A DNA stretch of 64,000 bases, taken from Octopus sinensis (taxonomy: Eukaryota). The stretch spans positions 13,888,001 to 13,952,000 of the forward strand of contig NC_043021.1 in the NCBI RefSeq assembly GCF_006345805.1, read 5' to 3'. Positions 13,462 through 25,636 of this stretch are shown one piece after another (positions within the stretch are counted from its first letter, which is position 1; each line of letters starts with the position of its first letter). The notes under the pieces were generated by a model. That model worked only from the letters and a program-made list of their open reading frames with translations. It had not been told where the DNA came from and did no database searches. The translations under genes and the position numbers were made by a program.

Positions 13462-13545
13462 TAGCTCTGAAGAGGCTATAGAGGGTGTTGCACAAGCACT
13501 CAGCTCCAGTGCACTGCTTCTTATAAAAGAAACAGCTGTAAGCTA
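13462..13545 (+). ncRNA. Degenerate Penelope-type minimal hammerhead motif
   Basis: Stem I UAGCU/AGCUA, CUGAAGA (13467-13473), long poorly paired stem II, GAAA (13529-13532), palindromic stem III CAGCUG, then UA. Confidence 0.35.
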
Positions 13546-13865
13546 ATGAAATTGATTATGTGGCTCCTGTTCCTTTATCATTCAGTAACTGACATAGTCA
13601 CATGAGTGTGTGTGTGTGTGTATATATCTATCTATCTATCTATCATATATATATATAGAGAGAGAGATAGATAGATAGATATAGATATAGATGTAAGCAT
13701 GTATGTATGTGTCTGTACACACACACACATATACACATATATACACTCACACACATAACCACTTATTATAATGATGCTCTAACTCATCCTCCCTCCCTCC
13801 CTGCCTCCCATCTTAGTGCCCAGGCTTTTTCTTTTTTTTTCATTTTCCTTTCTCTCCTGCTCCAG

Positions 13866-13974
13866 CACGCCACTCTTTCCCGTAAGTTTGTCGAGGTTAT
13901 GAATGATTACAACACTTGTCAGATAGACTACAGAGAGAGATGCAAGGGCCGTATACAACGTCAATTGGAGATCA
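13866..13974 (+). CDS. Syx1A: Syntaxin-1 exon 6b (canonical-like Hc-helix exon): [36 protein letters not shown](T)
   Basis: Strong polypyrimidine tract, ctgctccag|CAC acceptor, ATCA|gtaaga donor; 109 nt, phase 0 to 1; near-identical to the conserved syntaxin-1 sequence. Confidence 0.95.
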
Positions 13975-14082
13975 GTAAGAGATATTGGAACAAACTTTCA
14001 TAAACTGTTTTACTCTCTCTCTATCTATCTATATCTCTCTTTCTCTTGCTCTGCCACCATCCCCACCTTCTTTCATATATGC

Positions 14083-14128
<46 letters not shown>

Positions 14129-14274
14129 TATTGTATGTTCATCCATAATCTAAATGTATGTCACTTTGGTGTTATGTGTATATGTATGTATAAGAGTAGG
14201 TTTGTGTATATATGTATAAAATGTGTGTGTTTGTGGGTATGTTTATATGCAGCTATGTGTGTGTTTTATATATC

Positions 14275-14670
14275 GGCGCAGGTGTGGCTGTGTGGTAAGA
14301 AGTTTGCTTCCCAGCCACATGGTTCAGGGTTCAGTCCCACTGCATGGCACCTTGGGGGCAAGTGTCTTCTACTATAGCCTCAAGCTGACCAAAGCTATGT
14401 GAGTGGATTTGGTAGACAGAAACTGAAAGAATCCCATCATATATGTATATATATTTATGTGTGTGTTTTTGTGTTTATGTTTGTTCCTGCCACCATTGCT
14501 TTACAATGTTGATGTGTTTACATTCCATAACTTACCAGTTCGGCAAAAGAGACTGATAGAATAAGTACCAGGCTTACAAAGAATAAGTCCTGGGTTGACT
14601 TTTTTCGACTGCAAGGCAGTGCTCCAGCATGGCTGCAGTGAAATGACTAAAACAAGTAAAAGAATAAAAG
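14275..14670 (+). mobile_element. tRNA-type SINE, family B, near full length
   Basis: ggcgcaggtgtggctgtgtggtaagaag...ggttcagtcccactg...ggcaagtgtcttctactatagcc...gactaaaacaagtaaaag. Further copies at about 7625-7880(+), 22400-22610(-), 23025-23380(+), 29168-29505(+), 35425-35755(+), 48320-48600(+) and 52680-52985(-). Confidence 0.8.
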
Positions 14671-14883
14671 AATATATATATATACATATATAAATCTGTT
14701 GATTCACCAGAAGTGATAAATTACAGGACTCAATACAAATGCGAAAATACTTGCTTCAAGCTTTTGATTTCATTTCTGGTGTCATTCACAAAGGTTTTCA
14801 AACAGTAGAACATAAGGATCAGCATTTCCTTCAAATTTTCATTCCATATTTCAAAAAATATTCAGACAATGAAAACCAGGCTC

Positions 14884-14932
14884 GGTTTATCAGCTGATGA
14901 TTGGAAACGAGAAACTCTGAGTACTAGAAATC
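14884..14932 (+). ncRNA. Candidate type I hammerhead ribozyme motif
   Basis: CUGAUGA (14894-14900), stem II UUG-GAAA-CGA, GAAA, stem III CU-CUG-AG, then UA (putative cleavage after 14923). Stem I ggtttatcag/ctagaaatc is imperfect. Confidence 0.4.
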
Positions 14933-16339
14933 AGAACCTTTCATTTATAATGTATTATATATATATATATATTATACAGTAATAACAAGAACCCTTGGAT
15001 GAAAATTCTTAAATCTTTTAATCCATTGCTACATATGTTTCCACAAACCACGTTTTTTTTTTTTGTTTTTTTTTTTTTTGCTGCATTCCCTATCCATATA
15101 AGTGCACTCAAAAACGTTTTACATAAATGAACTTAAAGGATATATGAGGCAGAATGGTTAAGAAGATTGCTTCCCTACCATGGGATTTTGTGTTCAATCC
15201 CATTCTATAGAACCTTTGGGGAGTGTCTTCTGCTAGTCTCCAGCCATCTGATATCTTGTAAGAAAAGATTTGGCAGATGATAACCAATTGAAGCACATTG
15301 GGTATACATGCATGTGCGCGTGTGTGTGTGTGTGAGAGAGAGAGAGTATGTTTGTATCTCTTTGTCTTGACGTCATGTGATACTTGTGTCACTGTCATAC
15401 AAGCAATATCATTCATTTTCCAATATTCTGTGAGAACCTGTCTGGCCATGGGGAAATATTACCTTGCTTCAAGACCAGTGAGGGTTGGTGACAGGAAAGG
15501 CAACCCACTGTAGATGCCCAGCTTATGCAAGCATGGTAAAATAGATGTTGAGATGATGATGCTGTGTATGTATATTTTTATATATAACCATGCAGCATAT
15601 TACTTGTCATCGCATACGACTTATCAGAATGTTACTGTTGTTCTTGTGTGTGTGTATTATATATATATATACACACATTTATATATTTATGTGTGTATGT
15701 GTGAGGTTGTTTATACGTTTGTGTATATTGATGTATGTCTGTGTTCTTTATTATTTCATTTTATGAAATATGTGTAGCTATATGTATATCACGCATGAAG
15801 TGTATTTGTATTATATATTTGTGGGATGCATATACACATACATTCATACTCTCACACACCTGTACACATGTTGTATATTACAGTGGAATCTCCCATTGGC
15901 TTCAGTGTATGAGGGTCCAAACAGTCAATATTATAGCTGTAATATTATAGTGGTTTTCACACTTTCGGCGCAATTTAGAAATGTTGATAGCTAACTGGTA
16001 GACTGAATGTGCATCCTGATAGCAAATCAGAAATTCCCATGCATCCATATATATATATATATATAGATATATATGCCATGTAACTGGATGGTTGTTAATG
16101 TTTCTGAATTCATCCATCCTTTGAGGGATCTTGTTCTTGATCCTGTGGAATGTCCCAAAACCATTCTACTTATGAAGCAAAAGCAAGCTTGGTGATGTGG
16201 CCAATTTAAATGCTAACAGCACATCCATGCAATAAGTTGCACTAGGTTACATGTTACCAGTACATATATACATGTGTATATATATATATATATATATATA
16301 ATGTTGATGGTAATTCTTTGTGCCAGAAGAAGAGTTCAA

Positions 16340-16462
16340 AGCCCTCGAGCAGCTATGTAAACCAATCCTTGTACAACAGGCTGTGGCACACATGGGGCAA
16401 ATATGTAGGCTTTGGTCAGCTGGGGCTGGTGTAGCAATGACTCCTTCTTTGGCATTTTTCAT
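16340..16462 (-). mobile_element. RTE-clade LINE C-terminal zinc-finger remnant
   Basis: Minus-strand translation HICPMCATACCTRIGLHSCSR resembles the RTE ORF2 terminal motif CPxC...RIGLxSH. Confidence 0.6.
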
Positions 16463-17009
16463 GTGCTACAATTGTTCTGGCCCCTTCTGTAGGTTGCATA
16501 TATACACATACACAAATGCATATATATATATATTTATTTATATGTGTGAGTGTCAGCATGTGTATATACATTTTGTGCTCTTCCTACAGCATTAAGAGTA
16601 TTTTAGCTCTTATTTCTAACAATGTTGGTGCTCAGCATCCTTAGCCATACTTGGTGACGTTTGAATTTTTCCTTAATGGCATCACATTGCACCTGACTGT
16701 TTATATTAATTTTTAGTTTATATACACACATATTTACATATACACACCCCTATAGATATTTTGTCTGCCTGTTTTGTTGTGATCGTCAGATATGTGTTTT
16801 TTTTCTCGTTTCATCCACATTTTCCCTTCCAAATCTCATCTGTCCTCTTCCGGTGGTAAGAGTAGAGAGTTACCAAGTCCGCCTTCCTCTCTCTTGTCTC
16901 TCGCTTCAACAATTGTACAGTCTAACTGTTTTCTGGCGGTGCTTTTATGTATGTCGCTTAATAATCATATCTCCCCACTTTTACTAAACCCCTCCTGCCT
17001 TTCTCTTCC

Positions 17010-17600
<591 letters not shown>

Positions 17601-17689
17601 CTGTCTTCCCTTCCATCCCTGCTCAGCATTGTTTTTTGTTTTGATTTTGCATGGAACTTTGAAATATTTATTTATCATTTTCATCAATA

Positions 17690-17720
<31 letters not shown>

Positions 17721-18620
17721 TTGGCAATCTTTCGTTTTGACTCAGAATAAGTAAACAATGGATTCGGTAGTTTCCTTGACCATGTGTTGTCTTGTCAACT
17801 GGCAGTTGACAATGGGAAGAGAAAGCTTATGAGTTGTGCGTGCTTGTTCCTCTGTATGTATGTGGTTTTTGTTTGCGTGTGTGTGTGTGTGTGAGAGCAC
17901 GCATGTGTGCGTACTTGTTCCTCTGTGTGTTTCACACTCACACATACAAACGAGAACAAGCATGCATACACAGCTCACTTAGCTTTTTCTGTCCTTTGTC
18001 AACTGTCAGTCATGGAGACTACCGAATCCATTGTTTACATTTTTCAAGCCAAAATGAAAGATTGCTGTTATCATTTGTTATCTTAGGTAGAAGGCCTGAA
18101 ATGTATCAATATCTTCAGGACGTGACTCATACTGCTTTTTCTCTGATCCCGGATGGATGAAAAGCAAATAGTGGACCTCAGCAAGATGTGAATTCAGAAC
18201 AAAGAATCGTAATGATTACCACACACCTTGTGGTGTTTTCTTCCAGTGCTTTACACTACAGTTCGAATCCTGCTCTGGTTGGCTTAAGCCTTTAATCTCT
18301 CCTCGGTCAATAAGATACAATTCTAATGAAGTACTAGGGGCAGCTTAGTTGTCCATTTCCTTGTCTTGAATTTCAGATCTGGTGCCCCTATATCAGACAT
18401 GAGCTGGCAGGATCCTTAGCTTGCTGGAGAAAATGCCTAGTAGCATTTCACCTGTCTTTACATTCTGAGTTCAAATTCCGCTGAGGTCAATTTTGCCTTT
18501 CATCCTTTTGGGGGTTGATGAAATAAATACCAGTTTAGCACTGGGGTCGAAGTAATCAACAAGCCACTTCACTCAAAATTTCAGGCCTTGTACCTATAAC
18601 AGAAAGGGTTATTATTATTA

Positions 18621-18651
<31 letters not shown>

Positions 18652-21600
18652 CATTTACATTATTATTTATATTATTATTATTATTTTGATTATTACTGTT
18701 ATCTTTATTATTCATTGTTTGAGAAATACATCGATTGTTTCCTTTCATTATCAATTATTATTATTTTTATTATTATGATTTGTAATATTATAATTGTTTC
18801 ATTAATGAAGATTTCTAATCAAAATTAAATTTATACTAATTTTTAAAAAACTCTAATTCGTGATGTAGAGACATTTCAATTGGTTGTTTTTTTTGTGTTT
18901 AATTATTTAATATTTTTGTTGTTTTTTTTTATATTCACAAGTTATTTTTGTAAATTAAGAAAATTATAAAGAAAAAAACAATCCTTTATTTTCTTTTATA
19001 TTTCTTTATTCATAATTCTTTTTTTTCTGTTATTTTTTTCAACTTTACCAATTTTCAAACATAATTTTTCATACTTTCACCTTCTCTCTCTGTCTTCCCA
19101 CTCCCCCATTCACACCATATGACATCATTGTTATCCCCCCTCCCACAACTCTACCATCACCCAGCTTTGCTTCCAGGCTCCACTATCACAATGGGAATCC
19201 CCACAACTCCTGCCATGACCACTACCACAAATCACCGCAACCATTATGATTTTCATCATCACAACCACCAGTCATCATCATCATCATCAACATCGTTACC
19301 ACTGCTGCCATCAGGATTATCATCATCATCTCCATGAGTATCATCATCATCATCACCAATAATACCACAAAGTCTGTGAGCTGGCAGAATTACTACCATG
19401 CTGGAAAAATTGCTTAACAGCGTTTCTTCCGTCTTTATGTTCTGATTTCAAATTCTGCTGAGGTCAACTGTGCCTTACATCCTTCTGCGGTTGAGGCCCT
19501 GTGTCTATAGTAGAGAGGACTGTCTATAATACAAATGCTATTGTCATGACCACCACCACTTCCCTCATCATCATCATCATCAGTGTATATTCTTTCAGTT
19601 ATTGGGATTTTTGCCTCTTCATTCGATCACTTTCCTTGAATCCCTTTTTATTTTCTGTCCCTATCTATTTGCTTACTGATCCCTTTACATTGCATAATCC
19701 CACTGCATCTTTCACTCTTCCCCCTCCGCTCTCACACACTCTCTCTCTCTCTCCTGACCCTTGGTATTTTCCATGACCAGTCATTCCTACTGTTGAGTTG
19801 TATTCTGTGCTCCCTGTCCATTTCTTATGGACCGAGGGGTGTAGTTATATTTAAACCTGACATGTTGTACCTTATATATGCTATGTACAGACCCAGTCTA
19901 GCACCTCAGCATCCCGTCTCCCCACCCCATCCCAGTATCCCTGCTGTAACTATCATTGATCAATTTCAGTGATTGATTGATTCTTTAAATGAGACTAATA
20001 TAGGTTCTTTAATGTTTAATAATGACCAGTTCCTCTCTCTCTCTTTCTTTCTCTCTCTGAGTTCCCAAACTATCCCTACCTTTTTGTCTTTATTTTTACA
20101 CCCCACTCTATCAAATCTTTCATATAATATGCTAATACTAATAAAGGATTACTTAAATACTATATAATTTATTATATATGTATTTTTAAATATTCTCACA
20201 CGCAAACACACTCATGACCGAATATCAATGCTAAATCTTATTATTTTAATCACATTCTTCTGAATTTCAGTTTTTCTATATTTGTCATGATAAAAAAAAA
20301 GTAAAGAAAAAGAAGCAACAATATAAATATATAATATTGCTCATGTTATTTGAACCTCAATCTTTTGATTTACATAACCATTTTCCCACACACTTTGCTT
20401 TCCAATTTTTACTTTATGAAATTCTTGGAATTTCACCTTTCACTTTTAAATTTTTAGGTCTATTTTTTCATTCTCTATAGACATGGTGGGTTCGTGGCAG
20501 AATTGGTAGAGCCTCAAAGTACTCTGTAATATTTCCCCTTATGATTTGATTCAAATCCTACTGTGACCAACTCTGTCTTTTATCCTACTGAGGTCTGTAA
20601 GATGATAAATAACAGTAAAATTACTCTATATGCAGCATTCAAACCCTTGGCTAGAAAGTTCAACCAACTCTTCACATAAAGGAGATGATCTAGTATGACC
20701 TTGGCCCAAAGACTGAATATTTGAAATATTTAGCTACAATATCTCTTTGTATTCTGAGATCAAATCTCATAAGGGCCAACTATAACTTCCACCCTTCTGG
20801 GGTTAATAAAATAAAGTACCAGTCAAGATGAGTTAACTATTACTTAACTTGTAACAAAAATTCAAAAAGAAGTCAAGTGACTTCTACTATAGTCTGAAGA
20901 TGACCAAAGGTTTGTGAGTGGATTTGATGGATGGAAATTGTTAGAAGCCTGTTGTGTGTGTGTACACACAGACACACACACACATATATTTGTGTACGTT
21001 TGTCCTCGAGGGTTTTGTAATTTTTTGCTGAATGGACTGCACAGATGATTTGTTTATGGTGATTGAATGTTTGTGTTGTACATTACCTCACTCCCCCCAT
21101 CAAATTGATATTAGCTGTACAGAGGCACAATGTGCCACAAATCAGATCACAGTGATCACAAAGCAACATGAGGTGAAGGGTTTTGCTCAAGAACACAACA
21201 CACCATCCAATCCAGGAATTGAAACCATGATCTTGCAATCATGACTACAACACCTGAAACACTAACCTCTAGGACATATGTATGGATATATGTACCACAC
21301 ACATGTGATTTTCATATACAACAGACCAGAGCACTCAGTGTCAGCTTTGTGGAGTTTATTAAACTATAGTATAATACAGTCGACAGCAAATTCTATGATG
21401 CTATGAATCATTCTGTTAGGTTACGTCATTATTCTGTAATTCACTTATCAAGTAGACAGATATCCTGTGAGTGCTTGAAATAAAATTGAAGTTTCTGAAT
21501 TTCCATTTTTGTTCAAAACTGTTCATAAGCTATTTGGACACCAGATAAGTGAATTATACATTTATGTCGCAATGTCATGAAATGGATTCCAGTATTCACT

Positions 21601-21825
21601 ATTGATTGAACAGATATATATATATATCTATAAAATTACATTTGTTTTTATTCTGAGCTGATGCTTCCCTCTGTTGCTACTCAATTTTCATAATTATTTC
21701 AGCTTTGAATAAATTTATAAGACTCTAGAGGTCTAAAGAACATCTAAATATGTACAAAAAGCACAACGAGATAAAATTCAGAAATGAGACACATTTGCAA
21801 TATTTGTGCAAAGTTTTAAGGCAGC

Positions 21826-22035
21826 AAGCTGGCAGAAACATTAGCACACTAGGCGAAATGCTTAGCGGTATTTTGCTTGTCTTTACGTTCTGAGTTCAAA
21901 TTCTGCTGAGGCCGATTTTGCCTTTCATCCTTTTGGGGTCGATAAATTAAATACCATTTGCATACTGAGGTTGATCTAATCGACTGGTCCCCTCCCCAAA
22001 AATTTTGCGCCTTGTGCCTAGAGTAGAAAAGAATA
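21826..22035 (+). mobile_element. Family-A SINE (representative dispersed copy)
   Basis: Same head, B-box-like and gcctttcatcctttt motifs; other dispersed + strand copies at about 18410, 19376, 25655, 26765 and 30128. Confidence 0.8.
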
Positions 22036-23424
22036 TTTGTATAAATATATATATATATATATGTAACATTGCCAAAAGACAAGCAGACAGAATGAGACAT
22101 TGGTTAATGTTATTCATTCCTAGAACTCTGTTACTTTGGGTCCCCACCACCAGGAAGAATAATTGTGAGAAATTACTGACTCTGACTGCCCACACCACCA
22201 CCACCACTACATTGTCAATTAACCTATTTCCCCTCACCATCACACTGTTTCCTACAAACATTTCTTCTTTCTGTGGACAAATGGTTATGTTTATATCATT
22301 TTTTTCATTTCCATTTATATGTAAAACGTGTATGTATTGATGTATATGTATGTATAGAAGATGGCCCCAAAATGTGGATCCATAGGAAGTTTGCCATATA
22401 TGTATATATTCTTTTACTTGTTTCAGTCATTTGATTGTGGCCATGCTGGAGCACCAGCTTGAAGGGGTATTTTTTAGTCAAACAAATTGACCCCAGGACT
22501 TATTTTTAAGCCTATTATTTATTCTGATGACCTCTTTTGCTGAATTGCTAAGTTACAGGAATGTAAACCCACCAACACTGGTTGTCAAGGAGTGATGGGG
22601 GAGACAAACACAGACACAGAGAGAAAGGAGGGAGGGAGGGAGGGAGAGAGAGGAACATTAAAATGTCTGATATTAAAAAAGGTGAGAATCAAGTCAATGA
22701 TGCCAAATAGGCCTCACCAGAATGTTTGTGCCAAAATGTTTTACAGCCACATGGATCAAATGTTTCCATGAAGCTGTATCAAGAGATAAGCTATGTTGAA
22801 TGGTTATTTCAAATCTCTGGACTTTAATTAAATGCATTTTCATCTAATATTTTCCCCCTTGTGTTTGGTAGACAATAATCTACCAAGTCAGTAGTTTGCA
22901 GGAATCAACCCAGAACCCAGAATTATTGGTGCACTGAAAGAGGTAGACATATCCACTTGCAACGGCATGAGTATATAGGAAAAGATCAAAAGTTACTAAG
23001 TCAATGGGCTTGAAAATATTCAGATAGTAGCTTGCTTACCAACCACATGGTTCCAGGTTCAGTCCTACTGTGTGGCACCTTGGGCAAGTGTCTTCTATTA
23101 TAGCCTCGGGCCGACCAAAACCTTGTGAATGGATTTGGTAGATGGAAACTGAAAAGAAGCCCGTCATGTATATGTATATATATGTGTGTGTGTTTGTATG
23201 TCTGTGTTTGTCCCATCAACATCACTTGATAACTGATGCTGGTGTGTTTACGCAAAAGCGACCGATAGAATAAGTACTAGGCTTACAAAGAATAAGTCCT
23301 GGGGTCAATTTGCTTGACTAAAGGCGGTGCTCTAGCATGGCCGCAGTCGAATGACTGAAACAAGTAAATGAGTAAAAGATGTCAAAGGTCACCAATTTGA
23401 GAACTTAATGTAAATTTCTGAAAT

Positions 23425-23652
23425 TTAACTCTTCAGTGTTCAAATTATTCTGCCAAACGTAAAGCTTATTTAATTACATTGCTTAGAATTAATGATACAT
23501 TATCTCATAGCATTGGAATTTCAATGATGTAGTCGTATATTTTTTGTAATACATTGTCGACAAGATGTGAGAGGCCAAATCTGGCCAGTTTGAGCATAAA
23601 AAAGGTAGAATATTTGGGCCAGATATGGCCAGTTTAAATGCTAAAGGTTTAA
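23425..23652. mobile_element. piggyBac-type MITE (degenerate)
   Basis: TTAA at both ends; body homologous to 25100-25327 and to the inverted copy at about 54538-54757. Confidence 0.55.
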
Positions 23653-25099
23653 GCAAATTATTTGTTCTCTTTTTATGGATTCAAACTTTTGAGCCATCTT
23701 GTTTACCTGTATGTAAACACATATATCTGATAGTATGTGTGTGTCTGTGTCTATTAGTTGCTTTTTGTACAAAAAAAAAAGAAGTTAAAAAAAATAAGAA
23801 ACTTGAGTATGCTTGGTATTTGCTCATTGTGCAGAATATTGTGAAGAAGTGTTTTTGTGCTTTGTGGTAACTACTTACAAATTGTGCTGTGCTGGGGACC
23901 AGTATATCAAAGAAGAGACCCAGTGTTTCCTCTGTGTGTCATAAACCACAACTAAAAGAGGTTGAGGTAGGATTTGCTCTCAGACTTCGTAAAAGCCTCA
24001 TCAGCAATGATTACCAACGCCAAACAGATCCATAGATTGGTGTGGGGAGGAGGTTATTGCCTGAGTAGTGCAAAAGTGTCATTTCCGAGGAATAGGGGAT
24101 TACTATCAAATGGTAGCTGCAGCAATGCACTGTTACAGCACATTCCCCCATACTACTGCTACTACTACTACTTATAAATTTTTCACTTAAATTTACCTTT
24201 CATTTACCAATGAGCGCAGCTCTCTCTACAAGAATGATTGTATAAATTCTTTGAGTTCAGACAAGTACAGTTCTGTATTGTTAGTGACCATACTCACATG
24301 TATAACATAGAAACATACATGTTTGTATGCATATGTTTGTGTGGTAACTTGTTACAAACTCCTGTAGTATATTTACTTTACTCTCACTGATGAGTGCTAC
24401 TATCTTTGTATGAAGCAGCTGAGTGTACAAAATCTTTAAGCATGATGGGGTTTGTGTCACTGCTTAACACACACAAAAGCTTACATACATGTGAGAGAGT
24501 GTAGTGGGTACTTTTACGTACCGCCGGCACGAGGCCACTCAGGCTGTTCTGGCAATGACCACGCTCAAAAGGTGTTTTTTGACAGTGGCTAAGAGGGTTT
24601 CTGCACTCCTCAGAACCCCAGAACTGCCTAAATAGGGCCCCAGTACCAGATGCAGTTAAAGGCATCAAACACATGCATACTTACATATATATGTATGCAT
24701 TCCTCCTATGAAGAGTTCATTTCTGTTTTGTTGTCATTAACATCACATTCTTAAGCATCCATCATCTTTCTGTGTTATAGCAAAACTACACTGGGGGAGA
24801 TTTTTTTTTTTTTTTGGTTTCTATTTCCGTTGGGTTGTGTAACCATACAATGGCTTCCTTGTTCCCAGGCTATGACAAGAGAGACTGAAACATGCTCAGA
24901 GTGGTGGTAATCAACCGACCAGGCAGGATTATTACAAATAAATTGTTTTATACTGCACCAGGTCATTCATCTGTTCCATAAATCTATTCATTCAGGGCTC
25001 ACCTGATTGTTAAAAAACAAATGATGACTTTGGAGCCAATTCACCCTTTCTTCTCCTCTTCATTGTTACTAAGAAGAAAATTATTAAATAGAAATCTGT

Positions 25100-25327
25100 T
25101 TAACCCTTTAGCATTCATATTTCTTTATAAAATGCAATGCTTGTTCATTCCCGTCATTTTGAATTAATCACAGATTATCTTGTAGCATCAAGATTTCAAC
25201 AGTGTGTTTGTTTATTTTGAGAATAACATTGTAGGGTAGGTGTGAGAGGCTGGATCTGAGCAGCTTTAATATAAAACAGGTGAAATATTTGGACCAGAGA
25301 TGGTTGGATTAAATGCTAAAGGGTTAA
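25100..25327. mobile_element. piggyBac-type MITE with TTAA TSD
   Basis: ttaa-ccctttagcatt ... aatgctaaaggg-ttaa terminal inverted repeats. Confidence 0.75.
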
Positions 25328-25407
25328 TGTTTCTCTGCTTTTCTCATCTTCATCATTGCATTAACAATGCACATCTGGTTGAGAATTCTTAGTAAAATTT
25401 TACACTA

Positions 25408-25636
25408 TTAACCCTTCTGTTATCAACCCGGCTGAAACTGTCTCTGGCTCTGAGTACAAATGTCTTGTTTTCATGAGTTTTGAACTAAAATCTTCCACCA
25501 AACCTTAGTCATAATTTATGTTCCTAACACTAACTTAATGATGACTAAGTTATTTTACTAAATTCTTTGTTATATTTAAAATTAATTGAAAGAAACACAG
25601 AGCATCTCAAAATAAATACAGTAACAAAAGGGTTAA
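25408..25636. mobile_element. Second piggyBac-type MITE family with TTAA TSD
   Basis: ttaa-cccttctgtta ... taacaaaaggg-ttaa terminal inverted repeats. Confidence 0.7.

Noticed and set aside
16247-16595. ORF MPEEEFKALEQLCKP... as a host gene
   Set aside because: It is the antisense frame of an RTE LINE C-terminal remnant.
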